Shown here one piece after another: positions 9,479-19,116 of a stretch of 64,000 nucleotides of DNA. The notes below the pieces were generated by a model. The model did not search any database. It was not told where the DNA came from and saw nothing but the letters and a program-made list of their open reading frames with translations. Made by a program: the position numbers and the translations under genes. Each line of letters begins with the position of its first letter. Position 1 is the first letter of the stretch. The DNA lies in assembly GCA_052034405.1 (NCBI GenBank), contig JBPOIO010000004.1, positions 751-64,750 on the forward strand, read 5' to 3'. The DNA is from Candidatus Magasanikiibacteriota bacterium. GTDB lineage: Bacteria; Patescibacteriota; Patescibacteriia; Magasanikbacterales; UBA922.

Positions 9479-10906
9479 CTATTCGGATACCTTATTCCCC
9501 CGCCCCAAACTTTCATTCCAGCCACTACTCGTGATTTGAACAAATTCTGCGTTCTCCTGCATCTCTCGGATATTACTGGCACCGCAGTAGCTAATGGCGC
9601 TTTGCAAGCCTTTTTTGAGCCCCTTGACTACATCCTCTACAGCCCCTTTATAATCCACGAGTGTCGCAATCCCCTCTACAAAAATATCCATTTTTTCTTT
9701 TATGTGTTTTCCAACTTCATGTTCTTTGCGAATATGATTGCTATCATAAGAAGCACTGCCTGCATATTTTTTGTATCTTTTCCCATCTTTCATAATAATC
9801 ATGCCTGGTGCTTCGTCTGTTCCTGCAAAAAAACTTCCCGAATAGATACTACTGGCTCCTGCGGCAATTGCTTTGGCCACATCGCCTGGATATTTCATTC
9901 CACCGTCGGCTGTTACTGGTATGCTATAATTTTTTGCAACTTCACAGACATTCATCACAGCAGTAAATTGCGGAACCCCGGCCCCACTCATCACTCGCGT
10001 TGTACAAACTGGCGAAGGACCAATACCGACTTTGAGCCCATCTGCTCCAGCTTCGATCAAATCCTGCGCTGCTTCGGCAGTCGCAATATTTCCCACCATT
10101 ACGTCAACCGAAAAATTTGCTTTGAGTTCACGAAGTTTTTGAATAACAAAATCCGAATGCGCATGCGCAACGTCGAGGACCAAGACATCAACGCCTACTG
10201 CAATGAGTGCCTCTGCGCGTTCCACAGCGTCTTTGACCCCAACTGCCCCTGCAACCATGAGACGCCCTTTTCGATCCCTCGAGGCATTTGGCCAATATTC
10301 AAGTTTACTAATATCTTGTGTTGTAATAAGGCCCCGCACACGACCATTTTCAATCAGTGGCAATTTTTGAAATTTATAATGCTGCAGTACTTTTTTGGCA
10401 TCTGACAAACTAATTCCATATTTGGCAGTGACCAATTTTTCTGCCGGAGTCATGAGCTCTCGAATAGGCCTATCCAAACTTTCCTCAAACATATAGTCGC
10501 GGTGCGTGAGCATACCCACAAGCTCTTCGCCATTCATAATAAGCAGACTACTCACGTTGGAACGCTTCATCACTTCTTTTGCTTCACGAAGTGTCAGTCG
10601 AGGACTCACAGAAACAGGATCTTCCACGATTGAACTCGTACTTTTTTTTACCAATTTTACTTCTGCTGCCTGCTCTTCAATCGTTCCAAACTGATGAATC
10701 ACACCCAGTCCCCCTTCACGCGCCATGGCAATCGCCATTTTGTGCTCGGTTACTGTTGCCATATTGGCACTGACAAATGGCGTATTGAGAATAATATTTT
10801 TGGTAAATAAACTTCGCACATCTGCTTCGGATCGAGATTTGAGTGGACTTCGCTTTGGAACGAGCAAAACATCCTCATAGGTAAATCCAGTCGGTATTAT
10901 TTTCAT
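9479..10906 (-). CDS. guaB: inosine-5'-monophosphate dehydrogenase
   Basis: [20 protein letters not shown] start at 10906. It has CBS domains and a catalytic [11 protein letters not shown] loop. The upstream in-frame extension is probably not translated. Confidence 0.9.
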   Translation of the reverse strand: MKIIPTGFTYEDVLLVPKRSPLKSRSEADVRSLFTKNIILNTPFVSANMATVTEHKMAIAMAREGGLGVIHQFGTIEEQAAEVKLVKKSTSSIVEDPVSVSPRLTLREAKEVMKRSNVSSLLIMNGEELVGMLTHRDYMFEESLDRPIRELMTPAEKLVTAKYGISLSDAKKVLQHYKFQKLPLIENGRVRGLITTQDISKLEYWPNASRDRKGRLMVAGAVGVKDAVERAEALIAVGVDVLVLDVAHAHSDFVIQKLRELKANFSVDVMVGNIATAEAAQDLIEAGADGLKVGIGPSPVCTTRVMSGAGVPQFTAVMNVCEVAKNYSIPVTADGGMKYPGDVAKAIAAGASSIYSGSFFAGTDEAPGMIIMKDGKRYKKYAGSASYDSNHIRKEHEVGKHIKEKMDIFVEGIATLVDYKGAVEDVVKGLKKGLQSAISYCGASNIREMQENAEFVQITSSGWNESLGRGNKVSE

Positions 10907-10931
10907 ACAATGCAGTGATAAAAAATAAATA

Positions 10932-13055
10932 CTATTCAAGGTGAACTTTTTTCTCCCAATCTCGCAGCTTTTCTTTGAGTGTTGGGTAATTTTTGAAATC
11001 AATGCCCCGAGCCAAGTCCCGGGCCAAACGAATTATATCACTATCCTGGAGACTCGCAAGTCGCAAATTCATCATACCACTTTGAGATGTCCCATATACT
11101 TCACCTGGGCCCCGAGTTTGCAAATCGTATTCGGAAAGTTCAAATCCGTCGAGTGTTTTTTCAAAAAATCGCAAACGGTCCATGGCAGATTGCGAACTCG
11201 AATCTGTAAGCAAAAAACAATAGGACTGATGCGTACTTCGCCCTACTCGTCCACGAAATTGATGCAGCTGAGCCAGACCAAAAAGCTCTGCATCTTCGAT
11301 CATCATCACGCTTGCGTTTGGAATATTCACACCTACTTCCACAACTGATGTAGAAACCAAAATATCTGTTTCACCCGCAGCAAACTTTTTCATTTTTTCA
11401 TCTTTTTCATTTCCTTTCAATTTGCCATGCAAAAAATCCACGCGAAATTTTGGAAATATTTCTTGCGATAATTTTTCGTATTCTTTGAGCACGGTTTTCT
11501 TTTCATCAAGTGATTCTATTTGTTTTTCATCTTTTGTAGATTCTGTAATGAGTGGACAAATTACAAAAACTTGTCTTCCCTGCGCCACCTGCGCACGAAT
11601 AAAATCATAGGCCTTCTGGCGATTTTTTGGCTCCACAAGGCGCGTCAAAATTGGCTTTCGTCCAGATGGCTTTGTTTTGATAATCGACAAATCAAGATCT
11701 CCATAAAGCGTGAGGGCAAAGGATCGTGGAATCGGAGTTGCTGTCATACTCAGAAAATGCGGCGTAATATTTTTTTGACCAGATTTATCCCGAATAGTTT
11801 TGCGCTGCTCTACCCCAAATCGATGCTGTTCATCCACTACAACAAGTCCAAGTTTTTTGAATTTTACGTTTTCACTGAGGAGTGCGTGTGTTCCAATAAT
11901 AATTTGCACTGTTCCGTCTTTTATTTTTTCAATCACTTCTTCTTTTTGAGATTTTTTTGCCTTCGTAGTAAATGCATAATTCAAAACTTGAAACTGCGTA
12001 CGCGAGAGCAAAGCAATTTTGACATCATATTTTTCAAATATTTTTTGCAGCGTTTCATAATGCTGACTTGCGAGTATTTCTGTCGGCGCCATAATCACTG
12101 CCTGATGACCATTCAAAATAGCATTGTACATGGCCATTGCCGCTACAACAGTTTTACCACTTCCGACATCTCCCTCGAGCAAGCGATTCATGGGTTCGAC
12201 ACGCTCCAAGTCCTGCAAAATTTCCCAGGCTGCAATTTTTTGGTCTTTCGTCAATTCAAAAGGCAAAGCCGCAACAAATTCTTTTATAGAGGCCTCTTGA
12301 AAAACAAGTTTTGGTGCTTTGAATATTTTGAGTTCTTGACGAATCATTTCACTGCGAAGTTGCAAAATAAATAGCTCATCAAATTTGAGACGGTATTCTG
12401 CTTTTTTCAGATCTTCTGTGGAACTCGGAAAATGAATCGCCAGCAGTGATTGTTCCAAAGCTTCCAAATTTGCTTTTTGCAAAATATCCTCGGGTATCCA
12501 ATCCTGAATATCTTTGGCAAAAGGCAAAACCTGCGTGAGCAAAAATCGCATTTGCTTTTGGGTAATGCCATTTGTCACAGAATATATTGGTACAATGCGC
12601 GCAGTATTACTGGTATTTTCCGAAACTTTTTCATAACTCGGTGACTGCATTGTAACTCCGAGCATGTCATGCTTGACGATTCCAGAAAGATAAATAGTCT
12701 CCCCTGCTTTGAGAATTTTTCCAATAAAAGGTTGGTTGAACCATACCACATGCATGCGACTGCTCTCGTCGCTGACCACTGCCTCGGTGAGGAGCATATG
12801 TTTGCGTGGACTACGTTTGGTAGCAATTTGTTCTATTTTTACCCGAACCGTCACATGTGTCCCTTCCTCGAGTTCTTCAATGGGGACCACCTGACTATAA
12901 TCCTCGTAGCGAAAGGGATAATAAAAAAGCAAATCTTCAAGAGTGTAAATACCCAAAAGAGCGAGGCGTGTTTCAAGGGCCTTGCCAACGCGGTGGAGTT
13001 TGCTAATAGGGGTTTTGAGACCATTTGTGAGATCCATAGAAAGATATTGTACCAC
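10932..13055 (-). CDS. recG: ATP-dependent DNA helicase RecG
   Basis: Wedge/OB N-terminal domain. Helicase motifs GDVGSGKT, DEQHRFG, SMTATPIPRS and QLHQFRGRVGR. The true start may be the internal Met at 13037. Confidence 0.9.
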   Translation of the reverse strand: MVQYLSMDLTNGLKTPISKLHRVGKALETRLALLGIYTLEDLLFYYPFRYEDYSQVVPIEELEEGTHVTVRVKIEQIATKRSPRKHMLLTEAVVSDESSRMHVVWFNQPFIGKILKAGETIYLSGIVKHDMLGVTMQSPSYEKVSENTSNTARIVPIYSVTNGITQKQMRFLLTQVLPFAKDIQDWIPEDILQKANLEALEQSLLAIHFPSSTEDLKKAEYRLKFDELFILQLRSEMIRQELKIFKAPKLVFQEASIKEFVAALPFELTKDQKIAAWEILQDLERVEPMNRLLEGDVGSGKTVVAAMAMYNAILNGHQAVIMAPTEILASQHYETLQKIFEKYDVKIALLSRTQFQVLNYAFTTKAKKSQKEEVIEKIKDGTVQIIIGTHALLSENVKFKKLGLVVVDEQHRFGVEQRKTIRDKSGQKNITPHFLSMTATPIPRSFALTLYGDLDLSIIKTKPSGRKPILTRLVEPKNRQKAYDFIRAQVAQGRQVFVICPLITESTKDEKQIESLDEKKTVLKEYEKLSQEIFPKFRVDFLHGKLKGNEKDEKMKKFAAGETDILVSTSVVEVGVNIPNASVMMIEDAELFGLAQLHQFRGRVGRSTHQSYCFLLTDSSSQSAMDRLRFFEKTLDGFELSEYDLQTRGPGEVYGTSQSGMMNLRLASLQDSDIIRLARDLARGIDFKNYPTLKEKLRDWEKKVHLE

Positions 13056-13069
13056 ATTTTTTCAAAGTA

Positions 13070-13098
13070 TTGACGAATCTCTTGTTTTCCGCTATACT
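13070..13098 (+). promoter_or_regulatory. sigma70-like promoter for tRNA-Arg (TTGACG-17nt-TATACT)
   Basis: Near-consensus -35/-10 with 17-nt spacing ending 14 nt before the tRNA. Confidence 0.4.
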
Positions 13099-13112
13099 AT
13101 CTCCAATTCCAT

Positions 13113-13184
13113 GCACTCGTCGTTCAATGGATAGGACGCTAGTTTGCGGAACTAGCAATCTAAGTTCGATTCTTAGCGAGTGCA
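13113..13184 (+). tRNA. tRNA-Arg, anticodon GCG (read from loop TTGCGGA)
   Basis: 72-nt cloverleaf folded by hand. The acceptor stem GCACTCG/CGAGTGC is perfect. The D-stem is GTTC/GGAC with GG in the loop. The anticodon stem CTAGT/ACTAG is perfect. The T-stem is CTAAG/CTTAG with a TTCGATT loop, and the discriminator is A. No CCA is encoded. Confidence 0.8.
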
Positions 13185-14669
13185 CACGTCGGGAAGTTGC
13201 GCCAAAGCGCGACTTACCTGGAACGGATACTTTGCTTCAACTAGCAGAGTTTTTTGTTTCAGCGCGAGGTTCGAGAAGAGGGTCTGGCAGACCTCGCGTT
13301 TCTTCTCGGGCTCGCCAGCTTCGAACTTTTTCTTCGCTAGAACTGCGAACGAAATCCCCTCCATCAAGGGTTCGATGAGTCCCGCGACTGGACTGGCTCG
13401 TTCCAGTTGCGCACGGAGCGCAATCTGCTCGCTTGTGAGGGCTCTGCGGTCCTCATCAAGCTCCTCGCCGGTAATGCGACCCTCAGCAGCTAGATGACGA
13501 AGGTTTCGGAGCTTCTCGTCGTTCTTCACCAGTTTCGCTTCGACCGTTTGGACGACCCTCGACTCCGAATCGCAGACCTCAGCGCGAACGCTCCTCAGCT
13601 CGTCCAGCACGGCCTCCGCTACGTCAGGCGGGAGAGTGAGATCGTTGATGCTCAACGCGAGTTGCTCTTCAAGTGACACTTGCTCGACGGACGGCTCGTC
13701 GCAGTAGAGATATGCACGACTCTTTCGGCAGCAATGGTAGTACGTGTAGCGGGTTCCGAATCGGTTGACCTTGTTCTCCGCAGTGACGACGGACGCACAA
13801 GAACCGCATCTCAATATGCCACGGTATGGAAACCGGTTCGTTTGTGGGCGCGGTTCAGATGCACCCAGGCGCTTGAACTGCTCCTGTACTTCCTCGAACT
13901 CGGCCCAGGAGACGGCGGCGGGATGCGTGCCGGGGAACGATCCCTCCTTCCGAACCATCAGCCCGGCATAGAACGGGTCGCGCAGTGTCCGGTACAACAA
14001 CGACTGGGAAATCAACTTCCCACCGTGGCTCCGCATCACCGGAGTCGTCAGGTGCCACTCCTTGCGGGCTCGGTTGAGGATATCGGACATTGGCACCCCC
14101 ATTCGCCGCAATCGAAACGCCTCTCGAATTAGAGGAAGTCGCACCGGATCAGCCAGGAGCTTCATTGTCGAACGGTCGCGGGTGTAGCCAATTTTCGGAG
14201 CACCAGGCCAAAGGCCCTGTAGCAGTGCCTGCTTGTTGCCACGACATATGTTCTTGCGGAGGTCATCAATGTCTTTCGTGGCCATCCCGAAGATGATGGA
14301 CATCATGAGCTTGTCGTCACCTGACCCAGTGAACGCCCGCTCGGGCGTGAGGATCTCCTTGATCGCTCCGGTGCCGAGCAGCCACATGATGGAGCCACCA
14401 TCGATGGGGTTCCTCGCCAGACGGTTGAGATGCCAGCACAAGACTGCGTCGGCTTTCTTCGCGTTGAGCATGGCCATGACTCTTGCGAACTCTGGCCGGC
14501 CTGGTTCCTTCGCAGACCGCGTTTCGCGGATCGGCTCCCCCACGATGAGAAGATTGCGGGCCTGAGCAAATGAGAGAAGCTCCCGCTCCTGGGCTGGTAT
14601 TGAGAGCTGCTGCTTCCCGTCGTCGAGCGTGGATTTCCGCACGTAGACTACGTATTTCAATGGGTTCAT
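13173..14669 (-). CDS. large serine recombinase (integrase) of the GC-rich island
   Basis: N-terminal resolvase catalytic motif YVRKST..QQLSIPAQ with the serine nucleophile. It also has a recombinase domain, a zinc ribbon (CGSCASV...YYHCC) and a coiled-coil. Its stop codon lies inside the tRNA T-stem. Confidence 0.9.
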   Translation of the reverse strand: MNPLKYVVYVRKSTLDDGKQQLSIPAQERELLSFAQARNLLIVGEPIRETRSAKEPGRPEFARVMAMLNAKKADAVLCWHLNRLARNPIDGGSIMWLLGTGAIKEILTPERAFTGSGDDKLMMSIIFGMATKDIDDLRKNICRGNKQALLQGLWPGAPKIGYTRDRSTMKLLADPVRLPLIREAFRLRRMGVPMSDILNRARKEWHLTTPVMRSHGGKLISQSLLYRTLRDPFYAGLMVRKEGSFPGTHPAAVSWAEFEEVQEQFKRLGASEPRPQTNRFPYRGILRCGSCASVVTAENKVNRFGTRYTYYHCCRKSRAYLYCDEPSVEQVSLEEQLALSINDLTLPPDVAEAVLDELRSVRAEVCDSESRVVQTVEAKLVKNDEKLRNLRHLAAEGRITGEELDEDRRALTSEQIALRAQLERASPVAGLIEPLMEGISFAVLAKKKFEAGEPEKKREVCQTLFSNLALKQKTLLVEAKYPFQVSRALAQLPDVCTR

Positions 14670-14685
14670 ATTGTTGTCAAGTTAG

Positions 14686-14892
14686 TTAGTCAAAGAGGAC
14701 CACGTAGAAAGCTGCCACGAGGTCCTTCGCTACGATTCTGAGCTCGGCCGGTGACAAATCCCGTGGATGGTGTGGGTCACTGCGAAGGGCTTCACCAAGC
14801 CGAATGAGGAAGGCGGCGCTGGGCTCGTAGTTGCCGAGACATGCTAACCTCATACGCTGTGATTTGTGGTCATTAGATGAGTGCATATGCAT
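14686..14892 (-). CDS. hypothetical small protein next to the integrase (possible excisionase/RDF-like accessory)
   Basis: 68-aa ORF immediately upstream of and co-oriented with the recombinase. No motif. The functional guess is by position only. Confidence 0.3.
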   Translation of the reverse strand: MHMHSSNDHKSQRMRLACLGNYEPSAAFLIRLGEALRSDPHHPRDLSPAELRIVAKDLVAAFYVVLFD

Positions 14893-14950
14893 TCATCGTA
14901 ACAACTCATTGCTTGGTCGTCCCGTCGCACCGTGATGCGAAAATGAACAA

Positions 14951-14980
14951 AAGAAGAACTCCACGACCGGAGTTCTTCTT
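14951..14980 (-). terminator. perfect 12-bp-stem hairpin (aagaagaactcc/ggagttcttctt), terminator-like on the minus strand
   Basis: Perfect inverted repeat with a 6-nt loop. On the minus strand it is followed by ttgttcatttt. It sits between the transfer-gene block and the integrase pair. Confidence 0.35.
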
Positions 14981-15242
14981 CATGCTTGTCATCTCTCTTC
15001 TTCTGCCCTGTGGATAGCGTGGTCAGAATCCGACCATCGTGCTACGGGACTACATCTTGCGGCTATGAGAAGATATACTATGTAAGCCGCGAAATCGGGC
15101 AAGACGAGAGTTTGAAAATGTCGTCACCCCAGTCTCGCGGAAATATGTGCCCTAGGCAGGCCATTCATCCCAACAAGAGAGGAGGTGACATTAGGTAGAC
15201 TACAACTTGTGCATATTCTGTCAAGTGTAGGTACCAATAGCT

Positions 15243-15944
15243 ATGACAAACAATGAATCAGAACAACGCGTGCTGAGCGAGAAATCGCTCGTGTTCAACG
15301 TGGAAGTTCTTCGCAAGAACTTCAGCAAGCACGTGGTCACGCAAGAAGACCTCGCCACCATGACCGGCGTGCCGAGGAGCGCGGCTGCGATGGAGTCCTC
15401 CCAACTGCCCGGCCGTGGTGTTCGCCGGAGTTCGTTCGTCATAGCGTGTCTGGTCAAGGTCAACGTGGGGTCGCCCTTGGGCCAGTCCGCCGGCTTCGCG
15501 TCGAAGCACCTCCTTCTCGTCCGTGGTTTCCCCGAGTCGGTTCGGGGCGGCCTTCGCCGCCTCAGATTCGGTTCGCGCGACCGGACACGACTCCGCGCTC
15601 AGCACCTGCGAGGCGTCGGGGGTCATCGTGGTGGTCGGTCGCGTCTTCACGAGCCCGACGCTACGCGCGGCGGATCGAGTGGTCGAGCGCGCGAAGGGTG
15701 CCGTGGTGTCTGCCCCTGGTGTGGCCCCCTGGTGCGAGCCCCCGGTCAGTCCGACACACCACCCCTCGGCTTCTCATCTTCTTGGAATCACTCGGTTTTC
15801 AAGGAACGCAAAACAAGGAATCAGCCCCTTCTTGGGGCATCTCGTTCATCCGGCGCACGGACGCGGACGACCGCGCCACTCTGCGCTTCCACCTCGCGTT
15901 CGCCAAGGTCCGCGAGCCGGTACCAGCCGCTCGTCAGCGCGTAG
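15243..15944 (+). CDS. XRE-family HTH regulator (N-terminal about 65 aa); the long Arg/Gly-rich C-terminal continuation is doubtful
   Basis: LRKNFSKHVVTQEDLATMTGVPRSAAAMES resembles an XRE HTH. The rest of the 233-aa frame is low-complexity, typical of open frames in GC-rich DNA, and overlaps the Replic_Relax gene on the opposite strand. Confidence 0.4.
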   Translation: MTNNESEQRVLSEKSLVFNVEVLRKNFSKHVVTQEDLATMTGVPRSAAAMESSQLPGRGVRRSSFVIACLVKVNVGSPLGQSAGFASKHLLLVRGFPESVRGGLRRLRFGSRDRTRLRAQHLRGVGGHRGGRSRLHEPDATRGGSSGRAREGCRGVCPWCGPLVRAPGQSDTPPLGFSSSWNHSVFKERKTRNQPLLGASRSSGARTRTTAPLCASTSRSPRSASRYQPLVSA

Positions 15945-16693
15945 TTCACCGGCTCGGCCTTCAGGTCGAGGACCCGGCCGAAGACCGGACCACCGATGTC
16001 CACCGCCTGGCGGCCCAGGGCGGCGAGCCGCTTCACCGATTTCGCCACGATGAGCATGCCGTCGGGGACCAGGCCCGCGATCTCCATGCGCGCGGCGTGC
16101 ATCCGGGCGAAGAAGGCGATCTTGTTCTCGGCCACGTACTGCGGCCCCTCGGTGCCCGTGTCGATCTCCACGACGAAGCTGCGCCGGCGCTCGGCGTCCT
16201 CGACCGTGAGGACCGCGTCGGGCCTGTACTTGAGGATGGTCGGGAGGTGGGCCTGGTCAAGCTCCCACTCGAACTGGTAGCGAACCAGGCGCACCCCTCG
16301 GGACAACTCGCACTCGGCCACGACCCGGCTCCAGAAGCGGACGTTCATCAGGTGGTGCTCGCCCGGACCCGAATACTCGGCCGGCGCGCTGCGGGGCCTC
16401 TCGTCGAGGCCGAGGTCCTCGAAGAGCGCGATCTGACCCTTGCGGTCGAGCACGTACCGCGTCTCTTCGTGCAGCGCGTTGCAGTACCCGGCCAGGTACC
16501 CGGTATCCATGAGCTTCTTGAGTCGCCGGCGGGCCATCGCCACGGACGGGAAGTAGAGCGGCACGACGTCGGACACGGTGAGCACCTTGGCCTTTCGGAG
16601 GGCCTCGAAGAGCGCGAGGTCGCGCTCCTGGAGATCAGCCGCGCGTCCGGCGCGGCCGTTCCCCGATTGCCTGCCGAGTCCACGTCCCGCCAT
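15821..16693 (-). CDS. replication-relaxation family protein (Replic_Relax-like)
   Basis: N-terminal wHTH-like LQERDLALFEALRKAKVLTVSDVVPLYF...ARRRLKKLMDTGYL, then a conserved core (EWELD, YRPDAVL, FVVEIDTGTE) as in plasmid/ICE replication-relaxation proteins. Confidence 0.55.
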   Translation of the reverse strand: MAGRGLGRQSGNGRAGRAADLQERDLALFEALRKAKVLTVSDVVPLYFPSVAMARRRLKKLMDTGYLAGYCNALHEETRYVLDRKGQIALFEDLGLDERPRSAPAEYSGPGEHHLMNVRFWSRVVAECELSRGVRLVRYQFEWELDQAHLPTILKYRPDAVLTVEDAERRRSFVVEIDTGTEGPQYVAENKIAFFARMHAARMEIAGLVPDGMLIVAKSVKRLAALGRQAVDIGGPVFGRVLDLKAEPVNYALTSGWYRLADLGEREVEAQSGAVVRVRAPDERDAPRRG

Positions 16694-16705
16694 GAGTGTG
16701 AGCCG

Positions 16706-17026
16706 CTACACCTTCGGGTTGACGATGGACACCCCGCAGGTGTGGCAGTTGACGTAGGCGGGCGCGGTCTTGCAGGCCGGGCAGGCCGACCACACCCAGC
16801 CGTCGCGCGTGGCGCCGCAGGTCGAGCACTCCCAGAGCCCGTCCGCCGGTTGGGGCGGGCAGCCCCGCTTGCACTTCAACTCGCGCTTGACCACGGCCAT
16901 GCCGACCTTCCCGGTCTTGTAGGTCCACTTGCCAAAGGAGATCAGCTTGAAGAGCGCGGCCAGCGAGAAGACCACGGCCGCGTACATGAGCTGAAACGGC
17001 GCCAGAATCCAGCGAAGTTCATCCAT
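16706..17026 (-). CDS. small membrane protein with C-terminal Cys-rich zinc-ribbon-like domain
   Basis: It has one TM helix followed by CxxC...CxxC...CxxC spacing (CSTCG, CPAC, CHTCG). Confidence 0.4.
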   Translation of the reverse strand: MDELRWILAPFQLMYAAVVFSLAALFKLISFGKWTYKTGKVGMAVVKRELKCKRGCPPQPADGLWECSTCGATRDGWVWSACPACKTAPAYVNCHTCGVSIVNPKV

Positions 17027-17050
17027 GCCTTGCCCTCTTTCGAGTTGTTT

Positions 17051-19075
17051 CTATCCGATGAACGGCCCTCTTCGCGTCCGGTTGCCCTTGGGGCTCTGGC
17101 CTTCGTGGCCCTTCTCCTCCTTTCCCGTAGCCCGTTGCCCATCGCCCAGGGGGACTGGCGGCGGAGCCGTTTGGCCGCCAGGTTCGCGTTTGGGTTGCTG
17201 CTCGTCTGGCCGAGGCGCAGCCTCGACCTCCTCTTGTCGCCCCTCAGATTCCTTCGCTGGCCGCGGCCTCACCTTGCCCGGAGGTGGCCGCTGCGGATTG
17301 CGCCGATCAGGCTTCGAGCCTGGCTCCCTGACCTCGTGGGGCACCCGGTCGCGCAGATCGCGCCTCGGGTCGCGAGCGAAGCCGCCCGCCACTTCCTTGA
17401 TGTGGTGCTTGCGCTTCTCGATGGCCTCGTTGAGGACGTGCGCTGGCGTGCCGCAGCCGTACCCACGGCACAGGGCGCGCAGCTCGTCGGAGGCCCGGTC
17501 AGCGGCCCGGCGCAGATCGTCGAACGGGACCTCGGGCGCAATGAGCCGTGCTGCCGGCCGCCCCAGCGCCCGCGGGTAGAACCAAAAGTGGCGCTTCGGC
17601 AGACGAATCAGCTCTTCGACGTGGCGCGCTCGCTGCTCGCTGGGGCGCTCGACGCGGGTCTCGTAGCGTGGGCCGTCGAGATCTCGCCGAACGCGGCAGT
17701 GCTCCGAGACCGGGAACATGTGGGAGAAGCGCCGGGCATCGCTCGGCGACTGCTGGAACACGGTCTGGTAGCCGCAGGAGTTCTCGATGGTCGCGAGCAG
17801 CGCCGAGCTGCGGCTCGCCACCTGCGCCGGCAACTGGTTGATGAGCCAGAGCGCCACGTTCTTGTGCCGGGCTAGGGTGAGCAGGCTCTCGAAGTCGCCG
17901 GCCAGGTCCGCGTCGAGACCCAGCCACCACTCGTCGATGGCCGCGATCACGGGCCGGCGGGTATCACGTCGGGAGTAGATGGCCCGGGCAAGCCCACGCA
18001 CGAAGACCGAGATCCAGAACCGGGTCAGGAACTCGGCGCCGCGCGGAGCCCCGCCCAGGTTGACCACGGTGAGCGGCCCTTCAAGTAGGGAGGCATAGGA
18101 CACGCACCCTGGGGCGCAGAGCACGCGCGCCGTATCCTCGAAGAGCAGCAGGTCGAGCCGGGCCACCACGGCCTGCACCGACTCGGTCGGCTCCTGCGGG
18201 AACCGGTGGGTGAAGTACTCGCGGATCTCATAGTCCTCGACTTCCCTGAGGAGGCCGTTCAGGTACCGGTCGTTGATGAGCGCCGAGCGCAACTCGAGGA
18301 TGGACAACCCGCCGACCGAAAGCATGAGGCGCAGGGCGTTGAGGAGAATCCCCATCATCCGGACGCCCCAGTCACCCCCGGCCCCGCCGAGGGCCTCCCC
18401 GATGAGGTTGGCGATCTCCTTGGCGTGAAGCGAGCGCGAGATGCCGCCGACGGGAGCAAGCAGGTTCATTTCCGGGAGGTTGCTTTCGTCGAAGGGCGCG
18501 ACGACGTTCAGGCCACGAATGACCTCGATGATGTCGTCTTCTTCAGCGTCTCGGAGCATGGCCGGGAGGAGCAGATCGGTGATCCACTCGGCGCTCTCGC
18601 CCTTGGCGTCCACGTGCAAGAGGGACCACGGCATGCCCGGCCCGATGAGCTGCATCTCCTCGGCGAAGGTCTGCGCGCTCTTGCCCCGGCCCGTGGCCCC
18701 GACGATCCAGCGGTGGACGCCGTACAACTCCGAGACCGGTACGGCGACCGGGATGTCCTCGGCCTCGGCCAGGGTGCCCACGAGGACGCGAACACCATCC
18801 TCACCGGCCCGCTCGTCGAGATCGTTCAGAAGGTGGACTTCAGGCGGCGGGTCGAGGCTCTCAAAGTGGTGCTCGATGGCCGCCTCGACCAGCTTGCGCT
18901 TGGAGCCCACGAAGAGCCGCCGAAGGCCGGCTTCGAGCAGGCTCACGAGAGGATCCGCGTTTGCTGGAGAAAGAGGCGCATGACGACGCTTGCTCCTGGT
19001 TGCCGAGCCCCTGCCCGGGCCACGAAGCAAAGCGTAGGACGATTTCCGGGATCCGCAACTTTTTTTCTGAAGCAC
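17051..19075 (-). CDS. FtsK/TraD/VirD4-like P-loop ATPase (type IV coupling-protein-like) with Arg/Pro-rich C-terminal tail
   Basis: Walker A is GATGRGKS and Walker B is VIAAIDEWW. A WLINQLPAQ motif resembles the T4CP Q-motif. The TraM-recognition-like C-region is low-complexity. Confidence 0.5.
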   Translation of the reverse strand: MLQKKSCGSRKSSYALLRGPGRGSATRSKRRHAPLSPANADPLVSLLEAGLRRLFVGSKRKLVEAAIEHHFESLDPPPEVHLLNDLDERAGEDGVRVLVGTLAEAEDIPVAVPVSELYGVHRWIVGATGRGKSAQTFAEEMQLIGPGMPWSLLHVDAKGESAEWITDLLLPAMLRDAEEDDIIEVIRGLNVVAPFDESNLPEMNLLAPVGGISRSLHAKEIANLIGEALGGAGGDWGVRMMGILLNALRLMLSVGGLSILELRSALINDRYLNGLLREVEDYEIREYFTHRFPQEPTESVQAVVARLDLLLFEDTARVLCAPGCVSYASLLEGPLTVVNLGGAPRGAEFLTRFWISVFVRGLARAIYSRRDTRRPVIAAIDEWWLGLDADLAGDFESLLTLARHKNVALWLINQLPAQVASRSSALLATIENSCGYQTVFQQSPSDARRFSHMFPVSEHCRVRRDLDGPRYETRVERPSEQRARHVEELIRLPKRHFWFYPRALGRPAARLIAPEVPFDDLRRAADRASDELRALCRGYGCGTPAHVLNEAIEKRKHHIKEVAGGFARDPRRDLRDRVPHEVREPGSKPDRRNPQRPPPGKVRPRPAKESEGRQEEVEAAPRPDEQQPKREPGGQTAPPPVPLGDGQRATGKEEKGHEGQSPKGNRTRRGPFIG

Positions 19076-19116
19076 GCGCCAGGAGGAATGTGAGGCTGCG
19101 GGGACGGACGCCGGAA

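Noticed and set aside
9536-12374. Plus-strand ORFs 9536–10405 (289 aa) and 11520–12374 (284 aa)
   Set aside because: They are antisense to guaB and recG respectively. They are Cys/Phe-rich nonsense composition, while both overlapping genes are strongly supported.
15446-17875. 809-aa plus-strand ORF spanning the island transfer genes
   Set aside because: It is Arg/Pro/Ala/Gly-rich low-complexity with no motif. It lies antisense to three minus-strand genes that have recognisable domains. Long open frames of this kind are expected by chance in GC-rich DNA.
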